DNA from: an uncultured bacterium
GTDB taxonomy: Bacteria > Armatimonadota > Hebobacteria > Hebobacterales > Hebobacteraceae
Assembly (NCBI GenBank): GCA_964385645.1
Contig: CAYLPT010000070.1
Span: 14,538-78,537 of the forward strand
DNA: 64,000 nt
Direction of reading: 5' to 3'
Shown: positions 38,180 through 46,522 of the stretch, in pieces
Layout: each line of letters begins with the position of its first letter
How positions within the stretch are numbered: the stretch's first letter is position 1
The notes under the pieces: model-generated
Database searches by the model: none
Told to the model about the DNA's origin: nothing
The model's input: only the letters and a program-made list of their open reading frames with translations
Program-made: the position numbers and the translations under genes

Positions 38180-39163
38180 TCAGCCTGCCATCAGCTGGGC
38201 CGCCAGCCGGACGCAGGACACCACCTTGTGCAGGTTCTCGTCGGCGGCCTCCACCGGCTCGCCGGCCAGCGCGGGGACCAGCTTTGCGATCGGCAGCCAG
38301 GTCGTGCACAGATACCCCAGCATCTTGCCCGCGTCGTCGCGGCGGGAGACCTCGACCAGGCGGGCCACCGCTTGCTCCTCATTCCAGCCCGCCGGCCACA
38401 CGCGGAGGCCCTTCTCCTGCAGGTAGCGCACCGACGGGTACTCGCCCTCCGGCATCACCTCGTAGTGCCAGTCGCACACCACGATGTCCCTCGGAATGAG
38501 CTCGATCGCGTCCTCGGTCTCGTTACTGCTCCTCTCCCACATGCTGTAGCCCGTGGAGGGCGGCAGCAGCCGATCCCCCCACATCAGCATCTCGACCCCG
38601 CGCCGGCCCACCACATGGGCATGAAGGTCGTTGACTGCCTTGGCGAAGAGCTGCGCCCGCGGCGTCCCCTGGCAGCGGGGGCACTCGCCAAGCACGAACA
38701 CCTCGTCCATGCCCACATGCAGACCCTTCGCCCCGAACGCCTCCAACAGCTCGTCCAGCAGGTCGAACACGATCTCGTACACCTCCGGCCGATTGGGGCA
38801 CCAACTGTAGAAGTTGTCGAAGCTGAACTGGCTCATGTCCATGTCCGGCGCCTCGTTGAACTCGGGATGCGCACGCAGTAGCGCATTCGGCTTCTCGCGG
38901 AACGACTGGTGCCCCAGGCAGTTGTACTCCGGCGCCAGCGTGATGCCGTTTGCCCGCGCCAGCTCCGCCAGCCGCCGCGCGTCGCTCGCCTCCATCGAGC
39001 CTGGCTCCGCCGCCTCGGGATGGCTCCGGTAAGCGAAGTGGCCGGTGATGCCCAGCACCACCCAGTTGAGCCCCAGCGACGGCGCGATCTCGCCCACCAG
39101 GCGCTCCAGCATCGGCACTCCGGCCTTGCCGTCCGCCTGTACGTGGATCCCTCTGCGCTCCAT
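38180..39163 (-). CDS. TIM-barrel glycoside hydrolase, GH20-like (β-N-acetylhexosaminidase-like catalytic-domain fold; assignment tentative)
   Basis: AAGGAG RBS upstream of ATG 39163; LHVGMDEVF (variant of the GH20 H-x-G-G-D-E motif), CDWHYE; 327 aa. Confidence 0.55.
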   Translation of the reverse strand: MERRGIHVQADGKAGVPMLERLVGEIAPSLGLNWVVLGITGHFAYRSHPEAAEPGSMEASDARRLAELARANGITLAPEYNCLGHQSFREKPNALLRAHPEFNEAPDMDMSQFSFDNFYSWCPNRPEVYEIVFDLLDELLEAFGAKGLHVGMDEVFVLGECPRCQGTPRAQLFAKAVNDLHAHVVGRRGVEMLMWGDRLLPPSTGYSMWERSSNETEDAIELIPRDIVVCDWHYEVMPEGEYPSVRYLQEKGLRVWPAGWNEEQAVARLVEVSRRDDAGKMLGYLCTTWLPIAKLVPALAGEPVEAADENLHKVVSCVRLAAQLMAG

Positions 39164-39540
39164 CCTCTCTCGCTCCTTTCCTCGAGCCGGGGTGCTGCCG
39201 GCTCGACGCGTGGGGAGACGGCGTGTCAGGGCCAGGTCACCAACTTCGACATGGGCGGGGGGCATTCCCCGCTCGCCGCTGGGCGCCGGGAGCTGGCCTG
39301 GCGTGGAGGGCGCGCAATGCCCTGCCACTGGTGAGCGAGGCTGGGGCGCGGCGCCTCGACGGGCACGCCGGCGGCGAGGATCCCGCGGGGAGGAGATGAA
39401 CCAGCGCACCGAGAGAGGCGGAGGTCCTCGGGATGCGGAAACCTGCCCCGCGACCGCGGCCCGGGTGGCGGCCTCGGGCGGGGGGCGGCGCGGGGCCGCT
39501 CCAGCCGAGGTGGTGACTGAGCACGCCTGAGGAGGCGGAG

Positions 39541-40809
39541 GTGGAGGCGATCAGGGAGTTCGACGTAGTGGTGGTCGGAGGGGGGCCGGCAGGGATCGGA
39601 GCCGCGGTCGGCGCGGCGCGGGGAGGCGCGCGGACGCTGCTGTTGGAGAGGTATGGCTTCTTGGGCGGGGTGGGAGCGCATGGCATGGGCATGCCGGTGA
39701 ACCAGATGCGACCGGGGGCCAGGGGCCGGGGGGCGGTGCATGAGCTGGTGGTCGAGGCCGTAGGGGCCTACGGGCCGGAGGCAGGGCGTTTGGTGGACCA
39801 TGCGCTGGTGTGCAACGTGGAGTTCCTCAAGGTAGCGCTAATGGATGTGCTGGAGGCCGCGGGATGCCGGTACCTCCTGCACGCCCCAGTGGTGGACTGC
39901 CTGGTAAAGGGGGAGCGCGTAACGGGGGTGGTCTTGGGCACCAAGAGGGGGCTGCTGGGGGTGGAGGCTCGGGTGGTGGTGGACACCACCGGGGACGCCG
40001 ATGTTGCCTTCTTCTCAGGGGCGGAGACCATGAAGGGGAGGGAGAAGGACGGGTTTCTATCGCCGATGACGTTGTGCTTCATCATCACAGGTGTGGAGGT
40101 AGACGGGGCGAGGGAGTACGCGGAGAAGGATGGGGCGTTCAGGGGTCTGTTGGCGAAGGCGAGGGCAAAGTACCCGCTGCTGCCGGAGAGCATGATCCTG
40201 GAGCTGGGCCCGTTTGCGATCGAGAACGCAGTGGTGGTGAACCACGCGGGGACGAAGGGGAGGGGGCCGCTCGACGGGAGCGAGCTGGCTGACATGACGG
40301 AGGCGGAGCGGTACAGCCGTCGGCAGATCGTGCAGATCGTGAGGGCCCTGCGGGAGTTCGGCGGGCCGGCGTTCGCAAGGGCACAGCTTGGGGCGGCCGG
40401 GGCACAGGTGGGGGTGAGGGAGACGCGGCGCGTAAAGGGGCTGTATACGTTGACCGAGGAGGATGCCAAGACGGGGAGGCGCTTTGCCGACGCGGTGGCG
40501 TGGCGGTCAGGGATGCTGGACATTGGGTGGGTTCGCTGGGAGCCCATGAGGGTGCACGATGTGCCATACCGGGCGCTGACGCCGGAGAAGATGGACGGGC
40601 TGCTGGCGGCAGGGCGGTGCATATCGGCCACCCATGTGGGGGCCTCGTCGGGGAAGAGCATGGGGAACTGCATGGCGACGGGGCATGCCGCCGGGCGGGC
40701 GGCGGCGCTGTGTGTGGAAAGGGGCTGTCAGCCACGGGAGGTGGACGTCGGGGAACTGCAGGCCGCGCTGGCGGCCGACGGGGTTGACCTGCACTACGGC
40801 GGCAGTTGA
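39541..40809 (+). CDS. FAD-dependent oxidoreductase (FAD_oxidored / GlcNAc-6-P-associated family common in CAZyme loci)
   Basis: GTG start after GAGGAGGCGGAGG; FDVVVVGGGPAGIGAAVGAARGGARTLLLE dinucleotide-binding motif. Confidence 0.8.
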   Translation: MEAIREFDVVVVGGGPAGIGAAVGAARGGARTLLLERYGFLGGVGAHGMGMPVNQMRPGARGRGAVHELVVEAVGAYGPEAGRLVDHALVCNVEFLKVALMDVLEAAGCRYLLHAPVVDCLVKGERVTGVVLGTKRGLLGVEARVVVDTTGDADVAFFSGAETMKGREKDGFLSPMTLCFIITGVEVDGAREYAEKDGAFRGLLAKARAKYPLLPESMILELGPFAIENAVVVNHAGTKGRGPLDGSELADMTEAERYSRRQIVQIVRALREFGGPAFARAQLGAAGAQVGVRETRRVKGLYTLTEEDAKTGRRFADAVAWRSGMLDIGWVRWEPMRVHDVPYRALTPEKMDGLLAAGRCISATHVGASSGKSMGNCMATGHAAGRAAALCVERGCQPREVDVGELQAALAADGVDLHYGGS

Positions 40810-40828
40810 CCCAGAGAGGAGAGAGACG

Positions 40829-41470
40829 ATGGTAGACGAGCGCGTCACGATAGCCGAGCACGCGTATGTTGACCCGTCGGCGGTGTTGGAGGGGAGAGTG
40901 ACAATCGGCGCGGGGTGTCTCGTGTCGGCTGGGGCGATGCTGAGGGGGCAGGTGACCCTCGGGGAGGGCGTCTTGGTCGGCGAGCGGTCGGTGCTGACGG
41001 GGAACATCACTGTGGGGGATCACACCTCGATCTTGTGCGGAGTAGTGATCCGCGGGTCCAACACCATCGGGCGGTATGTCTGCATCTACGATCTGGTGAA
41101 CATCGAAGGGGGGCGGCCATATGAGGAGACGGGCGATCGCTCAGTCATAGGGGACGGAGCGTGGATCAACCACGGGGCGACTATGCACGGCTGTGAGGTA
41201 GGGGAGGGGGCCGCGATCGGCATCAACGCGGCGATGGACTACCACTGTCGGATCGGCAGGGGAGCGATCGTGATGAACGGCAGCGCCCTGCGGGTGGCGA
41301 CGGTGGTGGAGGAGGACTGCATCGTCGAGGGAGTGCCAGCGCAGGTTGTGAAGCGGGGGATAACGGATGAGGACCGCAGGCAGTGGCTTGGGCTGCTGCC
41401 AAGCGAGTGGGTGAAGCGATTCGCGGGCTTCACGGCAGAGATGGTGAGAGCGAGACTGGCGTCTGAGTGA
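40829..41470 (+). CDS. Left-handed β-helix hexapeptide-repeat protein (γ-carbonic-anhydrase/acetyltransferase-like)
   Basis: GAGAGGAGAGAGA RBS; tandem hexapeptide repeats (VTIGAGCLVSAGAMLRGQVTLGEGVLVGERSVLTGNITVGDHTSI...); 213 aa. Confidence 0.8.
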   Translation: MVDERVTIAEHAYVDPSAVLEGRVTIGAGCLVSAGAMLRGQVTLGEGVLVGERSVLTGNITVGDHTSILCGVVIRGSNTIGRYVCIYDLVNIEGGRPYEETGDRSVIGDGAWINHGATMHGCEVGEGAAIGINAAMDYHCRIGRGAIVMNGSALRVATVVEEDCIVEGVPAQVVKRGITDEDRRQWLGLLPSEWVKRFAGFTAEMVRARLASE

Positions 41471-42013
41471 GGCAAGCGACCCCTCCGCGCTAACCTGCAC
41501 GGTGGCCCGCTGTTGTGCGGCCGCTAAGACGATCTGCGGCGACAACCGCTCTCCTCGACGGCAGAGGGGACGCAAGGCTCGGGATCAGATGGGCTCTCCT
41601 TAGCGGTGGAGTCGTGCACACAACATGGTTCGCGGGCGCACACCGATGGATCCGCTCCCCCTGTCCGCGATCCACCAGAGGGCAACGGGAGAGCCCCACA
41701 GGGTGCAGAGGCCACCAGGCGAGACTCAGCTACAGCCCCACCAGGGCCATGGTCTTGTGGAAGCGCCTCTCGGTCTGCAGCAGATGCCTGAGGCACCCCG
41801 TCCAGCGCAGCGCCAGCGCGACGTCTCGCCAGCCCGTCACCCGCGAGGGATGGCTTCGGCCCGCAAGGAGACGGCGCCGTGACGGCAGGCGAGAACGACG
41901 TGCCGCAGGTGGGGCCGTCCTCTCCTGCCCCGCTGGCCGACGGCTCAGCACGACGAAGGCCCTCGCCGCCGCGCGCTAGGCGGCGGGTCCGGCCTCCCCC
42001 ATAGGAGCCAGGC

Positions 42014-43021
42014 CTACTCGTGGGCTAGCGCGCAGCGGAATCCGGAGCGCTCGTCACGACCCGAGATGCCCACATAGTTCCGATAGGGGCACCGGTAGAA
42101 CTCGTCCTTGGGGTCGAACCAGGAGCCTCCGCGATGCACCCCGCGCTCGCCCGTCGAGGGCGGCGTGGTCTGCCCTGCCTGGTAGCGCACATAGGCGCGC
42201 TCGTCATACCAGTCAGTGCACCACTCCTCGACATTGCCCGCCATGTCAAGGCAGCCATATGGGCTCGAGTCCGACGCATAGGATCCCACCGGCGCCGGGC
42301 CTTCGCGCACCGCGTCGTGAGCGGTCAGCCAAACATCGCGAGCGGCCGCGAGCTCCCCGGGGCTGGCGTTCCTCCTGCCCAACACCACCTCGAGGCTGCG
42401 GCACTTCCTGGCGTCCCATTCATTGCCCCAGGGAAACACCCGGCCATCTGTACCCCGCGCTGCCTTCTCCCACTCCAGCTCCTTGGGCAGGTATCCGCCG
42501 GCCCACCGGCAGAAGGCGCGCGCGTCCTCTCGGTCCACATACACGACCGGATGGTTGCCCAAGCCGGCAGGCACCCGTCCCCCCTGCCAGTGCTGCGGGG
42601 GACGGTGTCCGGTGGCCTGGACGAACCGCAGGTACTGGGCGTTGGTCACCTCTGTGCGCCCTATCCAGTAGCCCGGCAGGTAGACCCGACACTGCGGCTG
42701 CTCGTCAGCCAACCACCTTCGCTCGTCGCCTGGGTGAGCGCTGAGCCATGCGTCGAGGTCGGCGTCGCTCGATCCTAACGTGAACTGCCCGGCGGCGATG
42801 TACACCATGTCCATCCCAGCCTTGGGGTTCACCCATATGTCGCCAGGCTGAGGGTTCGGGGGCGGCGCCGGTGTGCGCCACACCACCGCGTTAGCGTTGA
42901 CCTCGGGCGCCGGCAGGACGCGCTCTGCCGGCCGCTCTTGCGCGGCGGCGATAGCTGTGGCCGCGACGCAGGCCGCGAGGAGGAATACGACCGAGAAGCG
43001 TCCAGCGGGTCTGAGGCTCAT
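42014..43021 (-). CDS. Secreted formylglycine-generating-enzyme (FGE/SUMF1) domain protein
   Basis: Signal peptide MSLRPAGRFSVVFLLAACVAATAIAAAQ; FGE-sulfatase domain motifs (YWIGRTEVTNAQYLRFV, HPVVYVDREDARAFCRW, RVFPWGNEWD, GVHRGGSWFD, FRCA). The track ORF to 43381 is an upstream extension. Confidence 0.8.
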   Translation of the reverse strand: MSLRPAGRFSVVFLLAACVAATAIAAAQERPAERVLPAPEVNANAVVWRTPAPPPNPQPGDIWVNPKAGMDMVYIAAGQFTLGSSDADLDAWLSAHPGDERRWLADEQPQCRVYLPGYWIGRTEVTNAQYLRFVQATGHRPPQHWQGGRVPAGLGNHPVVYVDREDARAFCRWAGGYLPKELEWEKAARGTDGRVFPWGNEWDARKCRSLEVVLGRRNASPGELAAARDVWLTAHDAVREGPAPVGSYASDSSPYGCLDMAGNVEEWCTDWYDERAYVRYQAGQTTPPSTGERGVHRGGSWFDPKDEFYRCPYRNYVGISGRDERSGFRCALAHE

Positions 43022-43127
43022 GCGTGTGCTCTCTTCGGACCACGTCCAGAGTGTGGTCCAAGATGGGTTGGACGTGCGGCGAATCTTACGCCGGCCGTCC
43101 CCCCCTGTCAAGGGGGCGCGGAGCAGG

Positions 43128-44432
43128 TAACCGGTAACCCCTGGGGGGAGGAGATTGGTGAGGGGGCAAGAACCAGGCGGCAAGTGGGATTTCGCAGCCA
43201 CACCAGGCCAGGAGACGCCGCCATGAAAGAAGCCCTCTCGTTCCCGGAACTGTTGCCTCGCACCGATGCTCGCCCCGCCGCCTGTCCCCGCTGCGGGAGG
43301 CCCGGCATGGGCTGGCACCGCCGCCAGACCCGCCCCGTGGTGGACCCCAAGCTCTCCCAGGTGGAGGTGGTGCAGTACCAATGCGCCGCCTGCGGCGCCA
43401 GCCTCACAGTCATCCCCCCTGGTCTATCCCCCAACTGCCGGCACTCGGATCGCACCCGGGTGATGTTGGTGGTCCTGTGGGGGTTGGGACTGTCCTATCG
43501 GGACGCGGCCCTGGTGATGAAGGCTTTGGGGGCGCCCATCTCGCATGTAGAGATCATCCTCAATGTGCGGCAGATGGGGCACAAGGCGATGGCGCGCCAC
43601 AAGAAAGTCACGGCGAAGGTCAAGACCCCGGTGCTGGGGGCGGACGAGACGCAGGTGAAGCTCTAGGGCAATGGGGTGACGCTGGGCTTTCTGTGCGATC
43701 CCGGCTCCGGCGACATCGTGGGCCTGGAGATCCTCACCAGCCCGGAAGGCGAGGAGCTGGGCCGGTGGCTGGTGGAGGCGGCGAAGCACTTTGGCGCCAA
43801 GGCGCTGGTCTCCGACGAGCTGGAGTCCTACAAGCCGGCGGCGGAGCAAGCCGGCCTGGAGCACCAGCTCTGCCTGGCCCACTGGCGCAAGGCCACCGCG
43901 CCTCGGCTCAAGAAGATCAAGGGATATGAGAAGGAGAAGCAGCTGATTCGGGAGGCCCTCCAGCACCTGGATGAAGCTGGCCTGGAGGCGATCCGCTGGC
44001 TGCATGCTCGATTCCGAGAAGCCCGCCCACCCCGCAAGGGCGAGAAACAGTCTCCCGAATATGCCCTGCGCATGCTCACCCTGGATATCCTGGAGAACTG
44101 GCAGCGGCTGGTCTGCTACCAGCACACCGACGAACCCATGCGCGATGGGCTAGGGCGCAAAGCGCGCCGCACCTGCCAAGCGCCCGCCACCAACAACGCC
44201 TGCGAGAACGCCATCGGCCGGGGAGGCAAGATCCGCGTCAAGCGCATGCGGGGCTTCAAGCGCGCCAACACCATCCTGCCCATCATGTTCCTGCTGGCTT
44301 CCCTGGGAGGGGTGCTCGCCGGAGCGCCCTTCAACTCACTGACCCACTGACCACACACCCAGGCGCCACTGTCTCTCCCACCAACCTCGCTCAAACACGC
44401 CCCCTCCCTCCCAGCCCCGCTTGGGCCTACCA
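43128..44432 (+). mobile_element. Insertion sequence, IS1/IS1595-superfamily-like, with imperfect terminal inverted repeats
   Basis: Transposase ORFs 43223..44350; left end ccggtaacccctggggggagg..., right end reverse-complement ccggtaactggtaggcccaagcggggctgggagggagggggc (shared ccggtaac ... gagggggc); boundaries approximate. Confidence 0.45.
43223..44350 (+). pseudogene. IS transposase (N-terminal zinc ribbon + DDE domain) interrupted by a single in-frame TAG at 43664..43666
   Basis: AGGAG RBS; CPRCG...HRRQTR...YQCAACG zinc ribbon; ...VLGADETQVKL*GNGVTLGFLCDPGSGDIVGLEIL...SDELESYKPA...HQLCLAHW...TNNACENAIGR...MRGFK resembles IS1/IS1595 DDE transposases; both halves lie in the same frame, separated only by TAG. 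Confidence 0.6.
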
Positions 44433-45950
44433 GTTACCGGAGCGGTTCTGGTAGACGTATGCGGGGTCGAGCAGGATCATGTCCCTGTGGTTTTGGCGGA
44501 AGAGGGAGAGCGTGAGCGCGCCCTGGGGCAGGAAGTGCTCGGCGCTAAGCTCGTAGTTCCAGGCGGTGTGGGGCTTCAGGTCCGGGTTGCCGATGTTGAT
44601 GCCCGCGCCGTACAGCTCGTCGAGCACGGGGAAGCGCTTATTGCGGCTGATCGCGAGGCGCAGCTTGGTGTCGCGGCCGAGCCGCTGGAGACCGCTGAGG
44701 AACGGGGACAGCGCGGCCCGGCCCGGGTCGGTGCCGTCATAGCGCAGGCCGATGGTCGCCGCCTGTGCGTCACCGCGGACCATCGTGTTCTGCGCGAACA
44801 GCCCCCGCCAGGTCACCTCGCGGGCGCTCCATTCCCCGAGTTCGGGGCTGGGCACGGGCCTGGTTGAGCGCATGCGATCGCGCTGCCACCACAGCCCCCA
44901 GCTCAGCATGCTCTCGGGGGTGATCGCGTAGTTATGCTGAAGCTCGCTCCGCAGCAGTGAGTAGCGCGCCTTCCCCTGGATGGGCGCCTCGCGGAGGTTG
45001 ACCGGGTCCCACTGCTGGTACTGAAGGTCGTAAGACAAGGACAGCGGTGACAGCCGCAGCAGGACGTCGGAGCGCGGGCTGAGGCGGCGCGTGTAGGTAA
45101 GCGAGGCGGCCGGTCGAGAGAGGTTGGGCCACCGATGCTCCCACTTATCGCCCGGGTTAGGGCCGCTGGGCCGAAAGCCCTGCTTCTCGCCGCTCAGGTT
45201 GGTTCCCACCAGAGTTAGCTGCGCGTCGTCGCCGAGGGAGCTGACGGCCTTGAAGGAGATGTCCGTGAGGTCGGTGCGATGGTCCTTCGGCATCCAGCCG
45301 GTGAAGCGATTGCGGTTGCAGGCGATGAAGTAGTTGAGCTCGGGGGTCCCGCCGCCGGCCTCCAGTTCGTAGTCCTCGGTGCCGAAGCTTCCGCCGGTGA
45401 ACGAGACCCGGCCGCCGGGGAAGCGCTCCCCGCTCTTGAGGGTCATAGCGAGCACGCCCGACACCGTGTTCCCGGGGTACTTGGGCGGGGCCGGGCCGCG
45501 CGCCACCTCCATCTCGCTCAGGGCTGTCACCGACACGCGGTTGAGCGTACACGAGCCGGTCGGGTTCACCGGGATGCCGTCTACGAGCACCTGCAGCCAA
45601 GTGAAACTCGACCCCCGGAGGGAGGGCCGCGGCGAGTTCATCAGGCACCCCGTGAGGGTCTGAGTGCCGGGCAGACGTTGGATGGCATCGCCGATGTGCT
45701 GGACGTGCGGCATCTCCTCGATGTCCGCTGCGCGGATGACGTCCACGCGGGCGGGCCGTTCCCGCTCGCCTATCACCTCGACCTCGATAAGGAGGGCCGC
45801 CTCCTCTGCGGTCTCACCGGCCGGCGGCTCGGCCGCGGCGGCCACCTGATCCTCCCTGCCCGGCTCGCCCTCCCCTGCGAGGGCCGGGGCGACCGTGACG
45901 GCCGCCGAGATCACCACTGCACACAACAGGACGACATACGAGAGCCTCAT
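44427..45950 (-). CDS. TonB-dependent receptor-like outer-membrane protein (plug + β-barrel, short: 507 aa)
   Basis: Signal peptide MRLSYVVLLCAVVISAAVTVAPALA; plug motifs (VDVIRAADIEEMPHVQHIGDAIQRLPG, LRGSSFTWLQVLVDGIPVN); terminal ...YQNRSGNW; the last codons abut or overlap the IS right end. Confidence 0.7.
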   Translation of the reverse strand: MRLSYVVLLCAVVISAAVTVAPALAGEGEPGREDQVAAAAEPPAGETAEEAALLIEVEVIGERERPARVDVIRAADIEEMPHVQHIGDAIQRLPGTQTLTGCLMNSPRPSLRGSSFTWLQVLVDGIPVNPTGSCTLNRVSVTALSEMEVARGPAPPKYPGNTVSGVLAMTLKSGERFPGGRVSFTGGSFGTEDYELEAGGGTPELNYFIACNRNRFTGWMPKDHRTDLTDISFKAVSSLGDDAQLTLVGTNLSGEKQGFRPSGPNPGDKWEHRWPNLSRPAASLTYTRRLSPRSDVLLRLSPLSLSYDLQYQQWDPVNLREAPIQGKARYSLLRSELQHNYAITPESMLSWGLWWQRDRMRSTRPVPSPELGEWSAREVTWRGLFAQNTMVRGDAQAATIGLRYDGTDPGRAALSPFLSGLQRLGRDTKLRLAISRNKRFPVLDELYGAGINIGNPDLKPHTAWNYELSAEHFLPQGALTLSLFRQNHRDMILLDPAYVYQNRSGNW

Positions 45951-46378
45951 GAATCACCTCCTGAAGTATGTCCAGCGCCCCGGTGGGGCTGCACGTCGTC
46001 AGAGCCTTCGCTGCCGCGGTGCGCGTCGGGGAAGAAGTCGCAGTGCGCGCCGTCGCAGGTCTCGTTATCGGCGGAGAACACACAGCGCCCCGCGAACTGC
46101 TCGCGGGGCAGGGGCAAGCCGATAGTGGCGAACTCCTGCTGCGCCACCTCCAGCGCGACATAGCTGCTCTTCTTGCAGCAGCGGCTTCCCCGATGTCGGC
46201 CAGGCGGATGGCGAGACGAGATGAGAACCCGAGCAGGCGCTCGCGCGGCTCCGTTGCCACCGGGGTGGAGCCCAGCAGAACCGCATAGGCCGCCGCAGCG
46301 CTCACCAGCGCGCCACAAGTGCCGAGGAACCCGCAGGCGCCGCCGGGGATCTGCCGGCCGCGCTCGATCGCCTGTCAA
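45947..46378 (-). CDS. Small hypothetical Cys-containing protein translationally coupled to the downstream receptor gene (start uncertain)
   Basis: Stop overlaps the receptor ATG (ATGA); contains CCKKSSYVALEVAQQEFATIGLPLPREQFAGRCVFSADNETCDGAHCDFF; the N-terminal part of the ORF is probably a GC artefact. Confidence 0.3.
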   Translation of the reverse strand: MTGDRARPADPRRRLRVPRHLWRAGERCGGLCGSAGLHPGGNGAARAPARVLISSRHPPGRHRGSRCCKKSSYVALEVAQQEFATIGLPLPREQFAGRCVFSADNETCDGAHCDFFPDAHRGSEGSDDVQPHRGAGHTSGGDS

Positions 46379-46522
46379 TCAACCCCTCGGAGATCGGGTG
46401 GCCCGCGTTGCGCAGGCACACGAGCAGGACCTCGCCGACCAGCGCGTCAGGAGCCTCCACGCCTGAGCCTCCCAGCGGCGACGGGTGGCGCTGGCCGAGT
46501 GGGGGTACGGTCGGCGCGCTGG

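Noticed and set aside
37983-38309. 110-aa N-terminal extension of the MocA oxidoreductase ORF
   Set aside because: The Rossmann motif begins directly after the internal ATG at 37982, which has a strong AGGAGGGAG RBS; the extension is Arg/Pro/Gly-rich low-complexity sequence
41471-42013. 540-bp gap between the hexapeptide-repeat gene and the FGE-like gene; small ORF 41730..41951-
   Set aside because: No RBS, domain, repeat or convincing RNA structure could be identified by eye; left unannotated (could hold a small RNA or a decayed gene; needs covariance or homology search)
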